Positions 53,830 through 64,000 of a stretch of DNA of 64,000 nucleotides are shown piece after piece. The translations under genes and the position numbers were made by a program. Position 1 is the first letter of the stretch; each line of letters starts with the position of its first letter. Under the pieces are notes generated by a model. It worked only from the letters and a program-made list of their open reading frames with translations. It was not told where the DNA came from and searched no databases. Source of the DNA: Geosiphon pyriformis uo1 (lineage: Eukaryota; Fungi; Glomeromycota); NCBI GenBank assembly GCA_016748015.1, contig JAAOMT010000684.1, forward strand, positions 250,874 to 314,873. Reading direction: 5' to 3'.

Positions 53830-56800
53830 TTTTTATAGTCTTAAAAAACAAATTTAATAAAAATAATATATATTATAGTATTAGTTTAAAAAATAATTTG
53901 ACTTAAGTTTATTTAACTTATTTGCTAACTGTTTAATAATAAAAATTTTAATATAATATAACTTAAAAAAATTCGAAAAGTTATTAATTATATCTTTATT
54001 AATGAATTTTTAATTATTAATATTACGAATTAAAATATATATAAAGCCTTAGATTTTGCCAAATAAAATTATTTTAAAAATTTAACTTTTATATTAGCTT
54101 TAAATAAATTTGATTTTTTTGGATATTTGTATTTAAGTAACAATTTAATTAGTATATAAACTATTTTTAAAGACATTTTGTATTTATTAATAAATAAAAT
54201 TTTTAGTAAATTTTAAATATGTATTGTAAATATTGACAAAAACAAATAATTATCTAAATTTTATAAATTAAAAATTTTGGTGTTTAATATTATTAAAAAA
54301 TTCAAAAATAGTCTTAATATTAAGCTTAATTAATTAATAAATATTTGGATATTTGTTAATAAAACTAAGATTTTACTAATATAAAATATGTTAAATATAT
54401 TAAGCTTAAAAAATATGTGTTATATTTCATTATATATTAAAAAAATCTAAGTATTACAAGTTTTATTTAAGTAAAATTTTAATAATATTAAATTTAAAAT
54501 TAATAAAATCATAAAAAATTGAATTAAAAAAATAATACTTAATAATATTTTAAACATGTTATAATATTATAGATAAAATTTTTGTTTTTTAATTTTTATC
54601 TATTTACTTAACTATAATTAACTATATGTATTAATTATTAATAATATATAATTAATTAGTCTATTTTTAAAATAAGTTGTTAATATAATTATTAATTTAA
54701 TTATTAACTTAATTATTGACCAAATTATTAATTTTTTTTTAATTATATATAAGCAAATCTTTTAAAAAACAATAAGAAGGTATTTACACTCAAATTATAC
54801 TTAAATTAATACAATAATATCAATTTTTTTATTTTTTTTATTATTATTATTATTATTATTTATTTTTTTTTCTTAATTTGTATAATTTTTAATTTTTATG
54901 CAGTATATTAAATAAATGTTTACTAAAAAGTACAACTAATATGTAATATTAAATTCTAATAGTACTTATATAAAACATAAAATTATACTAATGTGTTATT
55001 TTTTATTAATAATATAAAACTGATCTTATATATTGAATTTTTATTAATCCAATTTGCTTATTAAAATTAAATTACTTTTTTGATTATATTATTATTATAT
55101 AATAATATTTTTCTTTACTATTTCTTAGCTTATTAATTTGACTATAATAATATTAATATATTTTCTTAAATTATATAAATAATAATATTTTTAGTGATAT
55201 TATAACTTAAATTATATAAAAAAAATTGAATATTATTATTAAAAATTTGTTTAATAACAAAATGGTAAAATTATTAAATATTTTTAATAAACTTTAAAAG
55301 TATTATAATAATAATATTATTAATTTACTTTTAAATTTTTTAAATAAATATTTAACCAAAATAATATTAACTCTATTATATAATATTTAGATTTTTATAA
55401 TTCTCAAGCCTTATAATTAAAATAATATATTTATTATTTAAATTATTGTTTTTAATAAATTAAATTTTATCTGTATATAATAAATTTAACATTTTTTATT
55501 ATAATAATTTTTTTGTCTTAAAAAATATTAACATTTAATCTTTTATTTTTGTGGTTAGTTTAATTATTAAAAATGCTTTAAAAAAAATTTAATTAGTTCT
55601 ATAAAACATATATAAAACATATAATTTAATAAAATAGTTTTATTTAAAAAAAATTTAGTATAAATAAAAATATATAAAAAATATTAAGTTTTTTGGTAAG
55701 ATTTACAATAAAAAAACTAACAAAATTATGACAAATTTTGAATTAATAGATAGATACAAAATTTACAATAGCTTAAATCAAAGAATATATTTTTATTATT
55801 GTTTTGGAAAAATTTTTATGATTTTTTTTGCAAAATTAAAAGATAAAAATATTTATGTAAATATAAAATTAATTCAAAGTTTATAATAAAATTGAAGTAA
55901 ATATAATTTTTAATTAGTTAATATTATTTTTTATTATTAAAGTATTTATTAATCATCTTATTTAAATTAACAAATTTTTGATTGTTTTATAATATATTTT
56001 AAATATTATAAATAATTTTTTTGATATCAATAATATTTCTATTAATAATAAGAAAACAATAATTATTTTTATTAATTGTTAGATTAAAAAACTTTGTTTA
56101 AATATTAGTAAATTACTTATTTTAATTGCTAAGAAAAAAAAATGCATAAATATTTAGAAATTTTTTATTAATTAAAAAAATATCTGTTTTTAGCTTAAAA
56201 AAAATGAATATAAATGTTAAGTTTTTTGTAAATTTGGTGCTAAAAAAAATTATATCTAATAAACAATTTTTATACTTAGTTTTAATTGCTTTGTAGTTTA
56301 TTATAAGTTATAAAATTAGATTAGTTTTGTCTTTAAACAAATTTGTATTAAATAAAACTTAAATATTAAGAAAAAACTAAAATTTAAAACGAATTTGTTA
56401 AGGAATTTTTTTAATAAAACTGTTTATTATTCTTTATTTTATGGTTTTAAAACCTTTAAACAAATTTAATTAAAAAAAAAATAACCAATTTAAATATATA
56501 TTAATGTAAATAAGATTTTTAAGCATTTTTTAATTATTAAGTAATAAATTTACAAGTTATATATTGGTTTTTATAATATTTATTTTAATTTTTTATTAAG
56601 TTATTAATAAATTTTGTAAACAATTTTTTGATAAATGTTATTAAATATTTATTAAAATACATTTTGTTTTTAAGAAATGATTTATTTAATATTTTTTATT
56701 TAAAGAATAAAGTTTTAATATTAATTAACTTAAACTAGTTGTTTTATATTAATTTAGTTAAGTTTCTAAAAAAATTTGATATTGTTTTTATTAACCAGCT

Positions 56801-57670
56801 TTTAAATTATTATAGTTTGGGCTTAATTTGAAAAAATTTTTGTTATTAAAAGAAATTAAATTTAAGAGATTTAGTTTTTGTTTGGTTTAATTTAATTATT
56901 AAGTTTTTTAACAATAAAAGTTTTATTGTTTAATGTTTTTTTGTCTTATTTTTCAAAGTTGTTTTTTTGTTTTAACAAATACAATAAATTAAAAATAGTT
57001 AAAAATTGTTTAATAAATGCCAATTTAAATGTTATTAATATTTATATAAATAATTTAATTAAAAAATTGAGTTTTTTTGATGTTATTATTAGTGTATTTA
57101 CTTATTTTTTAGATTTAAATTTTAGAATTGGGCTGGATATTTATGGTATTTTTTTATTAATTTTGGCTAAATTATATATAATAGTTTTTGTTTTTATCTG
57201 TATTTTTATAAAAAATATTATTTTTATTAAATTAAATAATTAAATTATATTAGATATTTATATATTAGATTTAAAATATTGTTGATTTTAATTTTTTAAT
57301 AAATATATTATATTAATAATATTATAATTTGTTAATTTAATAATATAAATAATAATTAGATAAATACAATTTTTAATATTTTAATAAGCTTTTGTTTTAT
57401 TTTATCTTATAATATTAAAAAACTGTTTTTAGTCACTTATAATTATTTTGTTTCTGATAATACTTAATAATTTGTGTATAATTTGTTTAATTTTGTTAAT
57501 TTTATTGCTTAAAAAGCCAATTATATTAAATAATTTCTTAATTAAAAATTTTAATTTGTTATATTCAAATAAATAAATATATACTAAATTAATTAGATTA
57601 TTTTTTATTGTTTTATATTTCTATTTTATAAAAATATTACATAAAAAATTGTTGGCTATATTAAAAAATT
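53830..57670 (+). mobile_element. 5'-truncated, hypermutated LINE (ORF2 RT region and 3' part), interrupted by a solo LTR
   Basis: SKFYKLKILVFNIIK (~54255), IMTNFELIDRYKIYNSLNQR (~55725), VFINHLI*I and INNISINNKKT..KYLEIFL (~55940-56170) are colinear with the minus-strand LINE. Confidence 0.82.
54562..55149 (+). mobile_element. Solo LTR of the same Gypsy family, inverted relative to the full element
   Basis: Its reverse complement matches both LTRs along their length. Termini read TA...TA (TG...CA after transitions). No PBS or gag follows. Confidence 0.82.
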
Positions 57671-57679
57671 GTATAATTT

Positions 57680-60600
57680 TTTTTTTAATATTTTAACAAA
57701 TGAAGTCTAATTATTATCTAGTATATAGAACCAAATTAAGTAACACAAACTAAATGTAATTTACATACTTATTACATGTGACTAATTACTTAGACCAAAC
57801 AAAACAACATTATATATTTATATAAACTTTTATATTATTATCTAAATTAAAGAAAAACAAATATAATTTGTGTTAACTAAAGCTCACTTCAAAAAATTTA
57901 ATCATTCCAAAAAAATAAACCACACTATTTGACAAACCAACCACCAAATTAGCAGTCATATTAGATATTATACTATTATTGTTTATTAAATCTGCTCTCT
58001 TTATATCTGTTCTAAACTTGGATCTAATAAGCCAAATCTTTAAATAATGCTTTTTATTAGTTGTTTTATAAATACAACCATGATTATTAAAGCTTTTTTT
58101 TTGTTTTTAAAAATTATTATAGCTTCCAAACACTATTTTCTTAGTACAAACCTCTTGCAATTTGTAATATATAAATTCATATTAACTAAATACTTAAAAA
58201 AAGTTCTTAGCATAACAAAAAAAAAATATAAATACTTACCAAAAAAACTCAAATATTAAAGAGCTTTATTAGTATTTCTTTGCAAATAGCAATATTTTTA
58301 AGATAAATAAAGACATAATCTAGAAATTCTACTTTATTATATAATAAATACAATACTTTAAAATATTTTCTGTTATATATTCTCTTTTTGACAACTATAA
58401 ACAAACATTTATGCACAGCTTTTATTAAATATGTATACAAATTAACAAACTCTTTACTTATAAAACCAGACAGTATATGCAAATTAAAATATTATATTTT
58501 TATAGTAAATAGCCAATTCATTTTTTAAATTAACTTACTTAATACTATAAAATAATTAAAACTATATTTTTATTAAACACAACAGATAAATTTATACAAA
58601 TTACAGATAAAGTAATAAATATTGTTAAAAACAGCTGCATTTTTTAATACAATAAATTGCTTATACATTCTACTTAACAGAGATAATAGGGAATATGTAG
58701 TTTTATTTATTATTCAATCTGTTTTAATATTGCCTAAAACATCTAAATAGCTTTTAATCTTAATTCAATTAATTTAAAAGTCTTTATTTTTTATCAAATT
58801 GGCAATATAACTTTTTTTTATTCAATGGCAATTGCAAAAGTTAAGCACAATAAATTCAATTTCAGATTTATATATATTAATAATAGTCTAATTGTTTAGA
58901 TACAAAACAACTATATAAAAAAATAAAACACACTCCAAAAACAAAGCAACAGTCTACAACTTGGTCATTATAAATAACAAAAAACTATGTATTTTAATAT
59001 TAACTTTTAAATTTATTACCAAAAAGTATACAACAGCTCTACAAATAATTTCAAAAAAACTTATATTTTTAATAACTTATTTATATATACTTCAATACTA
59101 ACTGATCAAACTTTATGTAAATATTTACAAACATTAAAAAATTCAACAGATTCTAAAATGTTTGGGCCATAAAATTTACTAATTTAACCAAAATCAATCA
59201 ATAAAAATTAATTATTATGCAAAAATTTTGAAGCCAACTTAAACTAAAGTGGTATAAAGTCTTTGAGATTCAACTTTTTTCAACAACCAAATATTTTTTA
59301 ATCTATTATATTGTATTTTTTGTCTAAAAATCTATCATTAAATATCATTTCAAATTTTTTTAAAAAATACACTAAATTATAATATAAAAAATTTTTTAAA
59401 ATATCTAATATCAAAAACTTTTTAAAACTGCAAAATAGACTAAATAAATTTTTATTTAGAAACATATTATTAACCAAAAAATTTTTTACAACTCCAATCA
59501 AAAAATTATTGATAAAACTAACATGTAATTTAACAGAATAATACAAAAAATTTAAAGAAATTCAGCTTAAAATCTATAAATTTAAATGCTTATAATCAAA
59601 TAAATACTTAAAAATACTTAAAATATTAGCAAAAACTATTACTAATACCAATTTATTTTTAGTTTATATCTGTTTAAACAATTTCAAATTATATAAAAAA
59701 AGATGATACAATGTTTTATTGAGAAAATTACATGGAAAATTGGCTTTAAACTTAAGATTTTTTCTAACTATAATATCTTATTTATAACATATACTTAATA
59801 ATACAAAGCTAAATTAAGATTTATAGTCAACTATGAATTGTAAAATAGCTAATACCAAATAAAAATTTTTTTTGTTTGTAATAGCTTTTTTAAGTATTAT
59901 GTTAACAAAAAATCAGATATTGAAATGTGTTTTAATAATATTAAGTTTAAACAAATTTTTAATTAATAAAAAAATTTCTAAATATTTGTATGATTCATTT
60001 TTCTTGGCAATTGGAATTGGCATGCCACTAATTTTTAGAGAAACTGTTCTAATATCTTGATTAATAAAAATAGCTACTGTTTTTTTATTGTTAATTGAAA
60101 TATTATTGATTATAAAAAATTTGCTAATAATATTTAAAGCATATTGCATAGAAAACTGGTTATTTCTAGCCCAGATTGTATTATCAACAAAAGTATTAAC
60201 AGCAAAAAATAAAGTCAAATTCTTATTATTTTCTATTTTATTTATTTTAGTAATAAAATTAATATTGATTCAATAGTTACACAAATGTTTATGTCTCTTG
60301 ACTTTATACAAAAAAAGATCATAAAAAATTTTATAAAGAAAAAGTGAGAAAATCTTACTTTGATCCAATCTATTATGTATTTTATAACCATTTAAGAGCT
60401 TAAAATTAGTTATTATTCTATTAATCTTATTTTTATATATACAGTTAAAAAACTTAATAAATTGTTTACATATTTTAATATATTACAGACTAGTCTTTAA
60501 ATAATGTCATTTAACTAAGTCATAGACTTTGTGTATATTCTATAAGACCAATTAAAGTTTTCTATTCTTTTTCAAAACATTTTTAATTATTAATCTAATA

Positions 60601-63600
60601 GCAAACACAAAAGACTAAGTTGAGGTACTTTTTAATACAAAAAAATTATTATTATAAAAAACACTAAACTTGTTGCATGTAAATAAAATCTAATTAAAGA
60701 GAATCTTAAAAAAATTTTTTTTCTATTTTAATTTATGCAATAGGTTGAATATTTGTTAAAATGCTATTCTATTTATAAGGCTTAGAGATTATTAAGACTA
60801 ATGTTCTCTTTTAAAGAACTGGAATATTACCTAATAATAAATAAAAATTTATTAAATCTAAAAAACATTTTATTATAGTATTATTATTATATCTTCAAAA
60901 CTTATTAAAAATACCAAATAAACTAATAATTTTGTTATTAAGCAGATTATTTACTATTAAATACAGTTTATTTATGCTAATTTTTTTTATTATACCAAAA
61001 AAAGTATTATTATTTACATAGGTTAATGAAACATATTGGTATGCTTAAAGCTTATATAGCATTAAAAACATAGTATGTTTTTTTGTTTATTCTTCTATGA
61101 TTTTATTAATACTAATTTTTAATTTATTAGATTCCAATACCAAATTTTTTTTCAATTATTAAGTAATCAAAAACCACCTTATAAAAAGACTATTCCAAAA
61201 TATTTTTTATTATATTTTTTTTATTAAAACAACAATTTTTTATGTGCTTATTAATTACTTTTTTAATAAAAGCTTTCTTAGCAATTTTAACTTATAATAT
61301 TTGAACTTTCTATATTTTTTCTAATTATTAACAGATATATGATAATATCTATTATTTATGTATTATTTTAAATTATATACATGATCTTAGAAGTCTTTTT
61401 ATTATTTAAAATTGACCACTTATTAACTTAAATTCAGACATACAAAAAGATATAAAAAATATTAAACACTTTTATAATATGTTATATAAAAGACCTAACT
61501 TATAAATTGTTAATTTTTTATTATTATATTAAAATACATATTAATATTTTATTTAATTTTATTTGCTTTAAAAATAGCTTGAAATTAACATGGCATAGAC
61601 TTGATCAAATTACAATAGTAATTTATAAATATTGCATCTTATTTTTTCTTAACTTACTGTTTTAATTGTACAATATTTTAGAGGTAATAAATTATGTAAA
61701 CAAATTTTAACTTCAATATATAATGAAAAATTTTTTATTAGAGTAATATCAGAACTTTGTGCTGGCCAAAAAAATAATTCAACATTTAAAGAGATAAAAA
61801 AAAATACACAACTTTTAATATATAGATTAGTGTATTGTTTTCCTAAAAAAAAACTTTTTTTTAGTTTTTTTTGCATAAAGTTTTACTATAGAAATTGCAT
61901 AATTAGCTAAAATTTTGTGGTATATAACTTTAATAATATAACTAACCAAAAGAACTAAAGAATTCAAACCAATTCATAAAAAACATCTTTAAATATGTGA
62001 TCAAAATTTTTTCTAACTGTGGCTGTAATACAATCTTTATAGAACTCCTTAAAAAGTTTATACCATAAATGTTTAAATTTTATAGTTTTAAATTGTGTAT
62101 ATATAGATTTATTTGATTAAACAAATTGTTTAAAATTTTTTACTGTTCAATTTTTATAAATATAAGTCTATTGTAAATGTTTTTTTTTATTTGATTTAGA
62201 AATTAATAACATAAAATAAAGAATATACAAGTAAAATTCTTCTTAAGCTAATCTATTTCAAATAGTTTATATAAAAATAAATTTGTTGATATTTTTAATA
62301 AAATTCAATTGTATTTAAAAAAGAATTTAATAGTGGGTTTTTTGCTCTCTATTATTGAATATTTAAGTTGTTTACATATATATTTATTAGCTTATATAAC
62401 TTTATATATATATTACAAAAAAACATGAATATTTAATAGTCATAAAATTTTTACTGTTTAAATGTTCTATTTTTTTTGCTAAAATAATCCTTTTTTTTTG
62501 GTATTTAAAAAGTTTTTTTCTAAAAGACATTTAATGTGATAAATTTTTTTATAATAAAAATATTTGATATTTTATATATATATATATAATCTGCTGTTGT
62601 GTTTTATAAAGATATAATTTATATTAATTTGTAAATTATAATTATAAATAATTATAAAAAAAATTATGGCTTAAATTAATAATAGTATTATAATATATAG
62701 TTTTTTTTATATATTATATTAAATATTTAATAATTTTTATATCCTCTTATATTATTTAGACTTGTCTTTTTAATAATTTTGGCCATTAGTAATTCTAATT
62801 TAAAAAACTTTAAAGACTGCTTATTTTTTGTATAATTAAACATATTAAGCAAATGTTTAAAAAATATTTTATTAACTGTTCTTACTATTATCTTTTTCAA
62901 TATCTCTTATATTACCAAAAACTTTTGTATTTAAAAACTTATTTATTATTATTAAGAACTTAATAAAAAAATATTCTTTAAATTGTATTTACTTGGTATT
63001 ATTCACCTCTTTAATTTTAAACTTTCATTGATTTTTATTAGCTTGTTTATGAATATTATTCAAACAAACATCCAGAAAATCTTTAAATTAACTAAAATTA
63101 TTACAATTTTGTAATTAATATTGAAAAAATTAAATACTACTCTAATATTATGACTTATGACAGTAGACACCAAATTTTCATCTAAAAAATATAATCAATA
63201 ATTTTTTTATCTTTCTTAAATTGCTTTAAGTAAAAATTTTGGTTAAAAAATATCTATTAAAAAAATTAATCAAGGCCAAACTTATATAAAACTTAAAGTT
63301 AACATTTTTTTTAAATCTATTTTCATTAAAATTTCTGCTCAAAACCACAAATAAACTAATATTAATTATCTTAGCAATAAAAACATTGATTTTTAAAGTC
63401 TGTTTAAATTTAAACACAAATAAAACACCAGTATATAGTCCTAAAATCATAACCAAATACTTGCTTTTAAATAAAAGACATATTAAAATCAATTGATTTG
63501 AAATTTTTCTATTTTTAAAATATACTGAACCAGAAAACTGTTTATAATAATGGTTACATTAATACCAAAAAAATTTATATCTAAACCAAATATAAAAATT

Positions 63601-64000
63601 TAGACTTTATCAAACTTATTTATAATCTATAACTTAATATTAGATCTTAATTTTGTGTTTATAATAATAGAAACTATGTTATTTAAATTAATATACTAAC
63701 AAACAATATTATTTTGCTTAATAAGAACATTAATACTTTAAATATTGTACATAGCAATTTTTTAAACCAGATTTGTTATTGTTAAAAAAATGTGTTCAAA
63801 CCTAAATTTTTATTGTTTATCTTGATCAACAGACTCATAACCTTAATTAACAAATTTTTTATATTTTTTTCAATCTTAAAACAATTGACTGGTTTAAAAA
63901 CTCCGTTTTTACAATAATTTTACTATTAGTAACTGTGCCTAAATTTTTACTTATTATTGTATCTCTCTTTTAATTTTGTAATAAAAAAATTACTAATAGC
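57680..64000 (-). mobile_element. Hypermutated LINE with APE endonuclease, RT and RNase H; ORF1 continues beyond the window
   Basis: LV*KIAMYNI*SIN (~63750), LGLY..VVLSRNFN (degenerate GDFN, ORF 63226-63492), RLDQSKIFSLFL..IFYD (degenerate QG..SP), FVDNTIW (degenerate FVDD) and YKYLEIFL (ORF 59913-60218), RNase H EVYINKLL (degenerate YTDGS, ~59080). Confidence 0.9.
61380..62700 (-). mobile_element. Hypermutated Tc1/mariner transposon nested in LINE ORF2
   Basis: N*TVKNFKQFV*SNKS (degenerate W..WSDES), DCITATVRK and FWPAQSSDITLIKN (degenerate WPAQSPDLNPIEN). LINE coding sequence resumes on both sides. TIRs not resolved, so ends are approximate. Confidence 0.8.

Noticed and set aside
54556-55155. 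Apparent TSD around the solo LTR (ATGTTA / ATATTA)
   Set aside because: Weak in AT-rich DNA, and about 50 codons of the host LINE are missing at this junction compared with the other copy, so it is not a clean insertion site.
47744-63492. The many K/N/I/F/L-rich ORF-track calls read as novel small proteins
   Set aside because: They are sense or antisense fragments of eroded TEs, or chance ORFs in extreme AT sequence.
45000-64000. Mitochondrial, endosymbiont (Mollicutes-like) or alternative-genetic-code origin of the AT-rich block
   Set aside because: All three stop types interrupt recognisable eukaryotic TE domains at W/Q/R positions, and no organellar or bacterial genes are visible.

Overview
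AT-rich, intron-containing fungal nuclear DNA. The gene content (Sel1-repeat protein, CAR/Git3-like GPCR, NiCoT, small metallothionein) and repeat types suggest an early-diverging Mucoromycota fungus, probably Glomeromycotina; this is inference, not a database result. The window has two compartments. (1) About 1-44.5 kb is gene-rich: a Tc1 relic, Sel1-repeat protein, PILS/auxin-efflux-family carrier, P450 pseudogene, GPI-type alginate/glucuronan lyase, F-box protein, VCX1, tRNA-Gly(TCC), an atypical P450, syntaxin, Kre9/Knh1-like GPI protein, Cys-repeat PY-motif membrane protein, CDC1-like phosphoesterase, Ni transporter, PI-PLC-X-like protein, a spliced 41-aa metallothionein that the ORF track misses, a MITE and a GPCR. 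(2) About 45-64 kb looks like AT junk but is a nest of transposons: a near-complete Ty3/Gypsy element, a solo LTR, two convergent LINEs and a Tc1. Their conserved motifs are still readable, but they have been rewritten by pervasive C>T/G>A transitions on both strands, including non-CpG contexts. This RIP-like, compartment-restricted hypermutation is the most interesting signal. Exon boundaries were read by eye; TE boundaries are approximate unless stated.
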